Part shown: in pieces, positions 38,791 through 53,046 of the stretch | Numbering within the stretch: position 1 is the first letter of the stretch | Layout: each line of letters opens with the position of its first letter | Source of the DNA: Lytechinus pictus | Taxonomy: Eukaryota | Reading direction: 5' to 3' | DNA: 64,000 nucleotides | NCBI RefSeq assembly: GCF_037042905.1 | Contig: NC_087252.1 | Coordinates: 15,378,001-15,442,000 of the forward strand | Program-made: the position numbers and the translations under genes | The notes under the pieces: generated by a model | What the model was told of the DNA's origin: nothing | The model's database searches: none | Seen by the model: the letters and a program-made list of their open reading frames with translations, nothing else

Positions 38791-40500
38791 GAAAGCTAAT
38801 AGATTACATGCATCCAAACAGGGTAAGATGTGAACTCACTCTCTTGCTCTCTCTCTCTTTCTGTCTGCCCCTCTCCCCTCTCTCTCCCTCACACCACACC
38901 ACTCTCACTCGCTCGTATTTCAATTTTCCCAATAGAGTAGCTCGATCTAAGTCGCTGCTCCCCAAGGCACTGTAGATTGTGTATGCCCTTGAACACATAA
39001 CTCATCCATACATTATGAATTGACAGTCAAAAAACACAAATATGGCCTCATTTCATTAATAATCATTTGATCTTCTGAAAGCTATGATGATAAGTTATTA
39101 CCAGTCTGGCATAGCAAAAACTGGTGTTAATTAGCACCAGTTTAGAGAAAGGCCTACACCAAACTTTTTACTCTGGCTTTTGATTTATAGTGTTAGTTCA
39201 ACACCTTTGGTGTTATGTTCAATCTCTAGGGTGTAATTTAAACACTTCAGGGTGTGGCCCCCCAGGGACACCTACTAGTGCCAGTTTTAACACCCCAGTT
39301 TCAACACAGTACAATTCTGGTGTTTGTAATATTCTCTTTCTACCACAATATGTCTGCCATACTAATTTGTTTGACATCGGGATATAATACCAATCCAGAT
39401 GTTTATTTCATGCAGATAAATGATTCAGATGCTATCACCTTACCAAATGAATGAATTTAAAATGGAGGTCATTTGATATTCACTATACACACGATGTATT
39501 CCAATATATGCTTTGGAGATTGGTGCGATCAGCTGTGAAATAATTCATGATTTTCTGCTCATAAAATGAAATTATCAGAATTAATTTGAAATTAATTTCA
39601 TTTCATTGGAAAGTTTGACAGATAATGGTACTATAACTCATACTGTTCATTATCAACTTCAACAAAGTTTCATTCTCGATGCCCCCCTTTTCACAGATGA
39701 GCAGTATGTTGTTTTTAAAATATTTTGTTCTTTACAATATTTTGTTTTTCTATGAGATTGAGCCTATTCTTGCAATGGTAAAATCAGTTCAAGTTTTAGG
39801 TACAATAAGCAGTGGAATATATGCTAGGAGGTGTGGTATATAGATGGACCTGTTATTGTAATCACTATTACTACTGGCAAGTTATTTCCACATTTCTACA
39901 TAAAAACAAATTATAACATACATTTTACATCATAACATTGGTAGTCCATTTCATTTCATTAGTTTCCATATTCAATTGAACAATGAAAAAATCATGAAAA
40001 ATACACAAAAGAGTTGGTTGAAAATGAACAATATTAAAAACATCAATATAAGATTAAGAATAAGGCATATAGGAATGATTATAAAAAGTCTTGAATCTTA
40101 ATCACTTGATCCTTTCATGATGTACAACATTCTGCTTATCAAACAAAGTTCCATTTCTCATGACAAATCAGAAATCATAATGCTAACCTAACTGACCATA
40201 AATGATTTGTATAATTATTTGAATGAGAGAGTTTACAGCTAATCACATGACCAGTTCCTTTAATAGTTAATCTTTCCAGACTATATCACATTTAGAAATG
40301 TCAATGGGTGAATATATTCATATCATGTTCTCTATGTAAATTGATTTTCCGAGTAGGTCATTTATAAGGGCAATATAGGATCTATGTGACTAGCATATAT
40401 CACGAGGTATTTGATGTATATATGGGTGATAGTCTGAAATCCCCATGATAATCAAATATTATTTTGAATTATGTGAGTAGACTTCGTATGATCTCTTAAA

Positions 40501-40740
40501 GGAGAGTTGTGGCCTGGTGGTTCCGACTCTTGCCTTTGGGTCGCGGGGTTCAAATCCCAGCAAATTGTGTGAATTCGTTTAGTAAGTACTTGATTATGAA
40601 TTGTGCCGCACTTAACCCAGGTGAGGTAAAATTCCTTGAATGCACTAGTTACCTTCAGCAGTTGAGCTAAAGTTGGGGGTAATAGTGCGTCATTGAATAG
40701 GCAACTGGTGATATGTGTCTCATTAATGCTCTTAATTATT
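40501..40740 (+). mobile_element. Diverged tRNA-derived SINE, same family
   Basis: TGGCCTGGTGG, GGTTCAAATCC, TTGTGCCGCACTTAACCCAGGTGAGG. Confidence 0.7.
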
Positions 40741-41792
40741 TACGGTTATAGATATGTTATACCTTTAATGTTTCCTGCAATTTTGATGAATTAAAAAAAT
40801 TAGTTATAATTGACGAGTTTCGAATGAGTGTATTGAAAAGAACAGATCGTGTAGCAATTTCCTCATAATTCTTTATCAGTTTACAGTGAATTAAGAATTC
40901 AAATGCTTACTTTACTGGAACTCTATGGTTATCAGCTAATGGGCTTGTCGAAGTAAATGCATGATTTGTTTTATTACCTAAAATTGAATGTTAGAATACC
41001 ATCTTTTGGAAGCATATTTTATATCTTTTATCAACCCATCAATCTCTATCTCTTCCCCCATCTGTTTTCATTATCTGCTTGGAAGATCACCGTAGACACT
41101 ATGAAAATTGTGGTATTGATCGGTGCAATTAAATTAAAGGACCACTGCACTATTTATTTTATTCCGGCGTTAAATGTTTGGTGTTCAACACTTTTGCCAC
41201 ATTTATTTGTATTGAAAAAATAGCAGATATTCCTTTTGATCTCTGAGATCATATGAAAAATCCTTGCTTGGTGTAAATGGGTAATCCACAGACACACCAC
41301 ACAGAGTATTATTGTTTTACAAAGCCTGTATTGCATTAAAGAGAAAATGACTTATTACGATTGTATAGATAATAAGTAGGCCTGCAATTGCTCAAAAACG
41401 TGTTAGTGGCACGCTAAGGGTTAACACTCTTAGGTGTTATGTTGAATCTCTAGGGTGTAATTTCAACACTTCAGGGTGTGGTCCTCTAGGGACACTAACT
41501 GGTGTCAGTTTTAACACCCCAGTTCGTTCAGTGTTAAGTTGATTATGTGAAGATGTGATTTATGGCCAAATCTAACACTGTGGAGATATTTTCACACTGT
41601 GGACACCTTGAAAGTGTGACTGTTGACAGTGTGTTTACATAGTTGACTCCGTGAAATGGTAGGCACAACGCCAGTCAACAGTGTGAAAATGATTTCACAT
41701 AGTGTTCCACACTGAAACACACTGTGAACATGCTGTGTGACACACTGTTCTTTCCTGTGTCCATTAGGCCTTTATCTATGTGAAATTATGCA

Positions 41793-42028
41793 CACTGCAT
41801 AAGCTGGGGTGTTAAAGCTGACACCATGGTGTCCCTCGAGGACCACACCGTGAAGTGTTAAAATTACACTCTAGAGATTGAAAATAACACCAAAGAGTGT
41901 TAAAAGTAACCACCAAATGTGCTGAAATAACACCCATGAGTGTAAAACTAACACCAAAACTAACACCCAAGTAAAATGACCGATGTAGTCATCTATGTAC
42001 ACCAGTCAACACCACAGTCTTTGCTGTG
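41793..42028. mobile_element. CACTG/CACAG-ended MITE with ACACC repeats, inside a CACACTGTG-repeat element (~41570-42210)
   Basis: CACTGCATAAGCTGGGGTGTTAAAGCTGACACC...CACCACAGTCTTTGCTGTG. Related copies at ~18280-18409, ~19505-19763, 36756-37227, ~39110-39310, ~41400-41533. Confidence 0.75.
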
Positions 42029-43461
42029 AACATATACGTTCACACTGTGACTGTGGACACACACATCTGCAGTGTTTGTGTTCACAGTGTGTGCATATAG
42101 TGGATATTTACAATGTTAAATTTGAGAAATTTGAACAGTGGGAAGATGGAATCACATAGTGCTTGACACTGAACATAATGTGCATACATGTTATATGACA
42201 CACTGTGTCTATGTATGCTACTATTCCATATCCATTATATCAATGTGAGATGATATCTGTATGTCTCTTCACCGCCTTCTTCAATAATGCAAGTCAGATC
42301 TGACCCCAATAATTTATTCATGCCCCTAAACCCATACGAATGTGTGAAATTTTCCATGCGCAGTTAATTCTAAATTATTCGCAGAGTCACATCCATATTT
42401 CATCCTGTTCATACCATTTGAGTGATCTATCAGCTGATTCCTTTCAACTGTCATTAAAATTACACTTTTTACTCAGATATTTAGTTTGTGATTGATTATA
42501 CCAGCCTTTTTAATGAAATGGGGGGGGAGGGGGGTGTGAGAGAGGAAAGGGGGAAGGGGGGGGGGTAGGGATAGGTGGTGTTGTGGAACAACTAAATCTG
42601 TTACATATATTACTGATATGTTACTCATTGTTTGTCAAGGGAGGATGAAAGGTAATTACATCAATATGTTATTTTTTGCAATTATAATTCAGTAAAGTTT
42701 GATTCCAGTGTGAGTTATGCTAACAAATGATTTTGTTTCTTTTTCTATTTTCATGTACGCACCACCATACTCGGCTTTCCTCTCAATCTCAACACTCAGG
42801 TAAGAAAAATATATTTTTTGACACTATATTAACTGCATACATATTTGATGGACTTTTGGAATTAATATTGAATGAGTTGGTATGTAAACGGAATGATGAA
42901 ATAGGTGGAGAAGGGAATATTAGTGAGAGAAAGAGAGAAGGGGAGGGAGACAGAATGAGAGAGTCAGAGAGAAGAAAAGACAGAGAGAGAGAGAGAGATA
43001 GAAGAGTGTGAGAGTGAAAGATAGAGATAGATCGGGGGGGGGGGGGAGATGGATGGAGGGATAGGGTACTTGAGATGAAACAAAACAAAAAAATTTCAAT
43101 ACCCAAAATATATTATTTAAGGCAACCTGAAGGACCTTATCCTGAAATAAGTCACCTCTCTTCTCATGTGTGTCAGTGTGTGTGCGCTCGTTGTGTACAA
43201 AGTCAATTGGAGATGAAAGAAGTCACCGTCGCTGACGAAATGCACGGCAGTGAATGGAGAGGTGACTTAAACTAGGATAATGCCCCTGAAAGTAATCTAC
43301 CACTTGGTCTAAAGCAACCATTTGGTCTCATACCCCAAATGGTCTAATTCTAGTTCGTCTGCAACTAGTTTGTCTACTATTCATTTGATCTTGTTGCCAT
43401 TTCGCCCATTGCTGTCTAATTCTCAATAAATGTTTAATATATCATCAATTTGGTAAGGCTT

Positions 43462-43823
43462 CAGGGTTCCCACAGTCATGGAAAATCCTGGAAAAATTTG
43501 TGGTCATGGAAAGTCGGGGAAAAGTCAGGGAATTTGGAAAATCTGTGAAAAGTCATGGAATTGCATTTACCTCTTGGCTATGGCAGCTTTCCAGTTCGTC
43601 GTGTCTCGCAACTCTCATACTCTGATCATACTCTGCTATTGTAATTGGTGTTCATGATTTCCATTTTTCCCAGTTTTGTGACATCCCAAATTCTACATAA
43701 CTCCCGGGGGTGGGATTCGAACACACGACCCTCTGATTACAAGGCGAGAGTCAGAATGGGAAGTCATGGAAAGCAGCAATTTAGTCATGGAATTTCTGTT
43801 TCCAAATTTTTGTGGGAACCCTG
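43462..43823. mobile_element. hAT-like MITE with GTCATGGAA repeats
   Basis: CAGGGTTCCCACA / TGTGGGAACCCTG TIR. No TSD visible. Contains a SINE B-box fragment (~43705-43755). Confidence 0.65.
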
Positions 43824-44055
43824 TTACACAACTTTTAAGTCACTCTGATTCAATGAACCGTTTGTGAATATTTGACTGAATGGAAAGATGATGAGGGGAT
43901 GGGACTAAATGAGAGCTAGACCAAGAGATAGTTGGTCCATTACTCAAGCCACGACTGGCCTCTCGTAACTCATCGCAACATTCTTTGAACCATTGAATAT
44001 GTGTATACGATCTAATTATTGCTACGACTGATCTGATATGTATAGATACGATCTG

Positions 44056-44242
44056 GGTCCCGTAACACAAAGGCTAGCAATTCAAATTAAAAAAAAAATT
44101 ATTTAAAAATTAATTGAATTTGAATTTTAATTGTTGCTACGACTGATCTGATATGTATAGCCACGCTAGCGATTGATCATACGCTTGATTTTCATGACTG
44201 ATTGTACACTGTAGTCATTGCTAAGCTTTGTGTTACGGGCCC
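44056..44242. mobile_element. Harbinger-like MITE, 3-bp TSD CTG
   Basis: CTG|GGTCCCGTAACACAAAG...CTTTGTGTTACGGGCCC|CTG. A second right-end remnant ends near 44432. Confidence 0.7.
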
Positions 44243-47200
44243 CTGCTATGATCTGATAAAATCACTATGATTACTCCACGATTAAGACCGCCTTTGTGGC
44301 TCATATCGCGACAGTGGAAACTATAGGTATTAGCAAGGCTAATTGTGGGACTGATTTCTACAATTGATCATACTCAATAATCAATGCAATCAATCATAGA
44401 AATTAATCGCTCAGCTTTTATGTTACGAGGCCCTGGACCGTGTTATGCTTGCCCCACATATACAGGTCTCATACATGTCTATGATCAATGCAAAAATACA
44501 TAGGATACAGTACTGTAAAAAAATATTTTGTACATCATGTATAAACTGTACTTATACCATGTAGGCCTAGATCTCTCATTGCTTATACTGTACATACAAT
44601 AAGTTTTCCATGAAACTGCCACACAGCACTTCTTATTTGTTTAATAACTACTAGTACATCATATCTCAAATAATACTCAGCATTTGACCTGTGACCCCTA
44701 CCTACCCTCTATGTAATTTACGATTTCAGCTTGTGATTATGTAAATATTATGCCTTGCAGCATCTCAGCTAAAAAGTGGAATTTCAATCTATTATTCCTA
44801 TTCACGCAGTATACCATCATTGTTAATATATACCATCGTTCATTCATTATCTTCAAAACGTTGGCAGACACAATCACCCAAAAATATTTACCCCTAATGC
44901 CATAATATTCCCTTAAATTTCCTATTCATTTTTTTTAAGAGGAGAGGAATAATAACGCAGGTCATAAACCGTGTGGTTTCCGATTGATAGTGCTTGCTTT
45001 TTGCTGACTTTTTATCATTGTGTCATTGTGTTATTGAACAGAACAAGACGTATCATCGCAATAAAATATAAATGCTAACGACAGAGGAGGAATGAAAAAG
45101 ACTCGCCAAACAGAAAATTTAAATTACTTTATAAATTACTTTTTTGGGGGGAGCAAGGCTTTTAGCCCGAGGTGCTTTTAAACCCCCTCATATTTTTTAT
45201 GCTCGCTTTAGAGTGAATTGCCAGCTTTTGTTGACGATCTAGCTATGGTATTCTTGCGATATCTTTTGTTGTCTTTCTTCACTTTAGAAATCCTTTCTAA
45301 GGCTAATTGGCTTGTGTAGGATGAGAAGTGTCCTTTATGGGCTTTGTCAGTTTTGATGTACATGCAATGGACGCCCTAGTAACTTTAGGCATCCAAGCTT
45401 TCAGATGCTCGGTACAGACTATACATGTATTTCTTTTTAGTTTGTTTAGATGAAGGGCTTGCATGCACATACACACTTACAAATATTTAGTTTTAGATTT
45501 CCTAATCCTTTAACTATTTTATTTTGTTAATAGACACGTTTGTCTTTATAGGGTCAAGATCATTTGGCTATCTAGAAGTAAAATACCTTTATAAAATATT
45601 ATGAACGATTTCCAAATTTGAAGTATCATAATTATGACACTGCTGTTTTTGTAGATATCAATTATTTATTTGGATCCTGTGTATATGCTTATCCTCCTTC
45701 AGCTAGGTATTTGATATGATTTTTTTTTACTTATGTATATTTCTGTTATATGGGATATTGCTTAGATTTTTCATTATTTTCACCATATTCATTATTTTTC
45801 ATATTCAACTTTTTAGGACCTGAAGAAACGTGTTTTCTATTAATTTGAGGAATTCTGTGTCCTTCCTAAAATCCAAGTTGTTCCTAAATTTTCTGATTTT
45901 CCCCCTGGATTTCCACATCCAGAAAACTGGGGATTCTAATGTAGACCTATTATAGTTATCGTCCTTCTGTGGTATAATACTGAGGCCCTATTTCTCCCCA
46001 CTCCTAGTTTTTTTTTCAAGGTACAGTTATGATTTTAAGTGGAACGTGATTGATGATTACCCTTGGGGGCCAGGATTAGGTGTTTGATAGAACCAGAGTC
46101 CAGCCACAAAAAATGATTTGGAGGAACTTTGGTAATATCTACTTAAAAGTAATATGAACTTTGGTGGTGGTAGGGGTGATGACAAAATGTGAAAACAAAG
46201 TTACATGTACTGTACCTTCTGTAACAAATTATTATTGTCCATATGTTCTTAAGTATTACTTTGTATTACTTTATATTACTTTGTATTATGTTTTGAATGG
46301 AAATGGAATAAAGAATTGAATTGAAGTATCTTTATTTAGAAATTGTATAGTCAGTCATCAAACTAAAAAAAGAAGCAATTCATCAAAACCTTTATTTTTT
46401 ATTACCACTTTTAAGAAGACTTACCTTATGATATTGATACGATGTATGCAGTCATTCCCAATTTCATTTAAGTTCAAATTTCATAATTTTGACAATTAAT
46501 ACAGAATTATTATTATGTAGTAAGTATATGAGTTGGCATTTTGAAATATTACTATATAGAAAATATAAGAGTTAGCAATGTAGGTTTTTTAAATAGAGAT
46601 TTTTTTGTTCATTAGGTGGTATTTATAAAAGTAACAAAGTAGCACTGGTTTAAGGGGTCAATGGTGTAGCAGCGTCTGGCAGTTTGAAAGTTAATCGTAT
46701 ACTGTCTTTTTGATTAAGGGATTGAGACATCATTCAAGTTCCTTGAATAGGGATTCTAAAGCCTTAGTTCCCTAGGCCCAGTGCTAAATATAATTCTTGA
46801 TTACTAATCAAGTGATCAACCAATCAACAAATATTATTTCAAATTAGAAGCCAAATAAAAGGCCTTGCAAGTTAGGCCAGTAACGTAATGAACCCAAAAA
46901 ATGTTGGAGGCTAGACATTGTGTACAAACTATTAGACAAACTGGGCCTATAGAAAAAGCTTTAAGCTAGCAAAAATTTGGACTTTACACAATATTCAGAG
47001 AATAATATATTTCACCCCTTTTGCTTTCCATATATTTTTCTTGGTTGTATTTTTTAGGAGGGCCATGGCCACCAAGTCCCCCCTCCGCCATCTGTACGCC
47101 AGTGAGATAGGCTATCCTATTCTTCCTGACCACCCTTCTCTCTCTTCTTTTTTTAATCTGTCTCTTCCTTCCCCCTCTCTCTCCTCCTTCCCCCTCTTTC

Positions 47201-48540
47201 TCTCCTCCTTCCCCCTCTTTCTCTCCTCTTTTACCCCCTCCCCCTCCCTCCCTCTCTCTCCCCTCTCCTCTTTCCCCTCTCTCTCCTTCCTCTTCTCATT
47301 CCTCCCTCCCCTCCTTCAACCTCTCCCCCCTTCCCTCCCTCTTTCCTCCTTCAACCTCTCTCCCCTTCCCTCCCTCTTTCCTCCTTCCTTCCCTCATCAC
47401 CCCCTATCCCGGTATAGATTGAGATGACGAGGAGGGTATATTCCTTCCAAGTTACTGACCCTCTGGTCCTATTGATCTGTAGGGAGGCTCAACTTCAATA
47501 TTGTGAATTTCATTTTGTGGTATTTGAAATGTACACACTTTGCGATGAGTCATACCTTCTAAAGTGGTATATTGCATTCTTGGGTGTCTGTTCAACAGAC
47601 AAGCTTTCTCCTTCCATCAATGAACTATTTTGTCTTTTTAGCAAGTATTTCCTTTCAAATGAATTAAATGAGTCAAGAACAGACTTTTCCCCCAAGTATA
47701 AAAAAGAATGATTATTGATGAATGATATCTCGGGATTGGTAGAGAAAATGACGTCAGGATATGACTATTCCACCCCCATGTACAAATCATTCAACCAACG
47801 AGCTTCCATTCTACGTCACTTATACATTGTATGGGTTTGATCCAGCTTGGCCCATTTTGACCAATTACAAGAATTTGAAGCTGTATAACATAAAATTGTC
47901 ACTAATTCTATGTGAATCACTGACCATTGAAATCTGTTATTGTGCAAGCATCGGGCCTGCTCTGAAAGTGTTTTGAAAATACTTCCATTGATTATACATA
48001 TGTAAGAGCATGCTATCTACAACAATAGCGATATGCAGGACAGTTGGTTGCGTTTTTGATAAAAACTCAAGTGATAGTGCCTTAAAGAGGCTTTTTTAGA
48101 ATTAAGAACAACCAAAATCCATCTTTTAACCAAATTGACTGAAAAAGGGAATAATGTTGCTTACATCTGATCATATCTTGGTGGTAATTTTTATCCTGGA
48201 ATTCCAACTTAAAGTGCCTAAAATGAATAGAAATCAGTTCAAAATCCTCATAGGACATACTTTCAATCTTTTAATTGTTCTTGATTTGCTCAAAATGAAA
48301 TATGGACAGGGGTGTTCTTACATTTATGCACTAAAATGTAATAAATAGCATTATGATCTCATTGAATAAATATGTGTATTGTGATATTCAGTTTTCATCT
48401 TAAGTAGAAATAAGTTCACTTTGTGGGACAAAAAAGTGCTTATTGTGATCCACTCCAGACAGAAAGTCAGAGGTGCATATATATGTATATTGTGATAAGA
48501 TACTGTACACCAATAAACTACCCTTCAGTGTGTGTGTTAA

Positions 48541-48934
48541 AGAGAAATGCCAGTATTTGCAGTAAACACTGATTTCATGAGAAAGTCTGTAAAACCAGGC
48601 TTAATTGTCAGTATATCATCGAGGATCTAGATCTGGTACAGTTACATAAACTGAACTTTGTGAAATCTTGAAATCTACGCTGAAAAATGTTCACACTGAA
48701 GATCACCAACACAGATAAGCGCACGTGGGACAGTGTATTATTATTGCTGGAATAAAGACCCGACGGAAGTGACAGAATCCGCGCTTATTTTGCTTATTTC
48801 TCAGCAATTACACAATTTCTTCCAGAATCCTTTGGCACATATTTTTAATTCATACAAACAGACACTTGGGTGGTAATTATATTAGATTCTGTAAAAAGTC
48901 ATTTTGAGATCGTTACCAAAACTGGAATTTATCT
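48541..48934. mobile_element. TTAA-targeting MITE family 2 (Kolobok-like), 394 bp
   Basis: TTAA|AGAGAAATGCCAGT...ACTGGAATTTATCT|TTAA. Confidence 0.8.
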
Positions 48935-49382
48935 TTAAACACAGAATATAAGACCTCTTGACTCTAGTCAACAGTGCTTTAGAACCCAAAGAAATTCCCG
49001 TTCTTTCTTTGCCCATCTTCTCGCAAACTTCTAATTGCTTGAGAAGCATTGGGCTGAAGAGGGGTAAATCTGTTTTAAAACCGGGATAATCACTCCCTTA
49101 ACAAACACTTCACTTTCAGGGTATGAGTGTCCATTGAAAGGCGGTGTTTATTCTTTGTCTGCCCTAGCCTTTCTGTTTGCCCCTAAATCTAGTCCAGTGG
49201 TTTCCCCCTTATATAGACCATAGTAGGATCCCTGTATAGACCACCATTCACCCGAAGTGAATGGGCCTTCAAGACCCAAGTGTTGTATTCATGTGTTTGG
49301 TATTGGTATACTTGTACAGACATGTACGTTTGCGGTCACACTTTATATTTAAGCAGACAATTTTCATGCACCAACTTAACTC

Positions 49383-49535
49383 ATGCTGCAGTCATGTTTC
49401 CCCTACGGCGAGTCGAACACAGCCGTTTTATCTACTTTTATTCACACCACAATATGTAGCTGGTACAAAAAATGTTAAAACGGCTGTGTTTGTCTCTCCA
49501 TACGTCGGTCCGTAGGGGAAATGTGACTGCAGAAT
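49383..49535. mobile_element. ~150-bp foldback MITE
   Basis: CTGCAGTCATGTTTCCCCTACGG / CCGTAGGGGAAATGTGACTGCAG, plus inner IR AACACAGCCGTTTTA / TAAAACGGCTGTGTT. Confidence 0.7.
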
Positions 49536-49999
49536 TACTATAACATTGTGACTACACTGTAAAAAGTTTACTGTAGATTTTACAGTAAATTACTGGCAAC
49601 TCTGCTGCACGGTAATTTACTGTAATTTTTATTTTACAGTAAGCTACTGTAGTTTCGTCCTACAGTAAATTACTGTAAATTTGAACTAGCTACAGGAAAA
49701 TACCGTGAAAAGTGCTGTAGCTTACTGTAAAATTTACCAAATTTTAGAATTGTTGCTACTGTAAATTTGGTTAAATTACAGTAAACTACTGTAAATTTCC
49801 CTTGCATTACAGTGAGGTACTGTACACTTCCTACAGTAAAATGCTGTACACCTTCCCAATTTACCCCCAGTACTGTACACTCCCTACAGTAATTTACTGT
49901 AAATTGACCCCATTTACAGTATGTTTTACTGTAATTGGCACAACTTCCAATGACAAAAATACACTTGAGTAAAACTTTTGAATGAAACTTTGAAAAGTC

Positions 50000-50005
50000 T
50001 TTATT
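50000..50005 (-). terminator. Candidate poly(A) signal AATAAA of the transposon gene
   Basis: TTTATT on + strand, ~70 bp inside the left subterminal array. Other AATAAA sites exist upstream. Confidence 0.3.
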
Positions 50006-51964
50006 GCATTAACATACAGTAGAACTGACAATGCCATATTTCACAAACAGTACAATTTTTGTAAGGATCATGGGCAAAATGCTGGCAAGTAGAATGTGTT
50101 GCATAATCAAATTTCAAAGATGACAATTATACAGAAACTATGTGCACAGAAATGTCCTAAGAATGCTGATGTTCATTACAGACCTGTTCACTAATGTAGT
50201 CAAATTTCATGAATACTTTGTTCCTCTGGATTTGGTAATAGGTAATTACCATGTACTGAATGGTATTACAATAAGTGGCATCCTTTTTGCATGCATAAAC
50301 TCTTTATGTATTTGTTGGACCTGTCAGAGCAAGCAACAAAGGTTGTAAGAACAACCATAAAATTTGGTTGGTGTTACTTTATCTGCTGTTTGCAATTAAG
50401 TTGACTTAAACATTTTGTAAATAAATCTATTCAACAAGTAAAATTCACCTTGCATGCATTAAAGTAGTTGTAATTGCTAACCTTACACAAACTTCCAGGC
50501 CACTGTATATTAAATGAGAGTACATTAATGAACAGGTGTGTTTTAAAGCAATCCATTTACATGAAGGGTACCATAATCATTCAAATATTCAGTCATAACC
50601 CATTAGAATCAATTACAAGTGAAAGCAATTTTTCACTTATGCAACTACTGCCTGAAATAATGGCAAACTTTCAATTTCTTTAAGAAAACAAATCTGACTA
50701 AAGTGAACTTCCTTCTAGGAGGGCTTGTCTCAGCTGACCTTGGATGAACACTGGATGAACATACACACGCACACACACACACACACGCACACACACAGAC
50801 TCTCTATCTCTTACATCCACATATCCGTAGTAACACGCAAAATGCTTACTCCATGGTAACCTGACGACAATGCTTCTACCAGAAGAAAACTGAATTTTTA
50901 AGTGAAACTTCTCACTTATGAGTAATTTTACATGTATACTATATTAATTGATAAAAAATTAAGTGTATGTCAACTTCTTATATATACATATTCCCAAAAA
51001 TCTTATTAAGACAGAAAACCTTATTCAATCCTATATCAAAATAATGAATAGTCCTAAACACACACTGAACCAATAATTTATATTACAAGCATACAAATAC
51101 ATTAACTGCCATGAATACATTAAATTGTGACAATAATATTACATTGCATACAATATTCCTCACAAATAAAGTTTCTTATAACAGTACTATCAATTTGATA
51201 TTGAAACTGGCAAGAAAGAACCCGAATGAGAGTATTGCTACCATTGCAAATACTTAATATTTACATGAATATTTGACGAACAAACATGTACAAATATGAC
51301 CTCCAATTTTGCCAAAGTAATGTTTGTACTGTGACACTTGAACAGCTGCGAAAGTGAAAGTATGAAAATGTTATAATTCTGTGAACAACAAAATACAATG
51401 TAGTAAATCCTCAGTAATCATAATGAAGAAAAATGTCAATCTGTGAGAAGTATCTACAATTTTCAAATTTTTCTGTACTACATCATGCAAATCTGCTATT
51501 TTGAGAAACTCTTGAAATGTAATCAAAATGTCACATGCTTTTTCATTTGAGGAATTTCTGATACATTTAATATCCTTTTCTGACTATAAGAAAACAAAAA
51601 ATTGCTACATCACCTTAAGATTTCCTGAATTTCTTGATATAATTTGGTCCTCTTTACAAAAATGGCTAACAGTCAGCCATGCATGATATGCAATAATGGA
51701 GATCACTGTGTCATTCATGTAATAATAATATAATAATAATCTCACTCCACCTTGGTAGGCTGTGTTAAAGCCACATACATTACAGAAGTTTACATCGTTC
51801 TCAGTAAACAGCTTATTGCAATATTTGTCAACATCTTGATGACCAAGCGCTTACTACGCAGTATATATATATACATATATATATAATGTAGCACAATGTT
51901 GAAATCGAAATTGATTTACAGCAATGTTAATCCTAACTAAAGATGAATTTTCGACCACGAATGT

Positions 51965-52625
51965 TGGAAATAGATGCCTCCGCTACTGCCATACCAGAAA
52001 TATATTTCCTAGTTTTTATTTCCATAAAGAAAAAAAAAACCCTCAAGACCTTTGATCTTGTGACTTCAAAATCTAGTCAGATAACTGTTTCTCAAAAAAG
52101 CAAATATATGCATTTGATTGAATCCAGAGAGCTTGAGATTTGACTTTCAGACCCAAAATCTTAATAGATCATTGTCACTTGTATATGCACAAATGAGCGA
52201 AGTTTGAAGTTGATTCGTCAAATGGTTTGGAGTTATTGCGAGAACGGTATATGTTATATGTACTTTATTGTATTCAATGACCTTGACTTTTGACCTTGAG
52301 ACCCCAAAATCTGAACAGATCATTGTTACTTTAACATATACACACGAGACAAGTTTGAAGTTGATCTATCAAAGGGTTTTGGAGTTATTGTAAGAATGGT
52401 CTATTTCTTATGTATTTTAGTGAATTCTATGACCTTTGACCTTTGGACCCAAACACTTATCAGCTCATTGTCGCCCCGAGATATGTATCCTCAAGTAAAA
52501 AAGTATGAAGTTGACCTGTTGACCGGTTTTTAAGTTATCGCGAGAACGAAAGTGGGACAGACGGACCGACGGACAACACAAAAACATAATGCCTCCGACA
52601 CCACCTTTGGTGGGCGGAGGCATAC
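51965..52625 (+). mobile_element. Helentron-associated HINE-like (Tsp/pearl/DINE-1-type) element nested in the CACTG transposon
   Basis: Subterminal IR ATGCCTCCGC (51974) / GCGGAGGCAT (52614-23). Three ~150-bp cores (AAGTTTGAAGTTGA-like at ~52200, 52351, 52501). Short GACG/GACA microsatellite. 3' hairpin at 52589-52623. Confidence 0.7.
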
Positions 52626-53046
52626 AAACAGTGTGTAGTGCCATATATCTATGTTTTTGTATGGTTCAAATTCGGTTGTAAGGAGATATTCTTAACTTTA
52701 TTTTTCCAAGTATGAAACCCCTTTACATTTACAATTTCTATATGAATTTTACCCCTCCCCCACTCTTACTTGACCTGGATTTGAGAAACGGCTAAAATAA
52801 AGTTGTGGGCAATGTCAACTTAATAGCATATTCAAATGAATGTTCTCTCATAACTAGCATGTCGACAATCTATTTCAGCAAGTTTCTCATGTTATGCAAT
52901 ATTGGGCATAAACTCTGTAGTTGCTTGGTCAGACAAAGCTCAACCAATTATTCAAGAGGATGGTGACCAAGCGAACATAGTATTATTGGGTGATATATAA
53001 AATCACATGTTTTTAGATGATGGGGTAAAATGTACAAATCAGGAAA

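Noticed and set aside
50010..53046. Transposase ORF in the left half of the CACTG element
   Set aside because: AT-rich with only short ORFs and no DDE-like motifs seen. Reads as 3' UTR plus nested repeats, although a translated search is needed to exclude decayed remnants.
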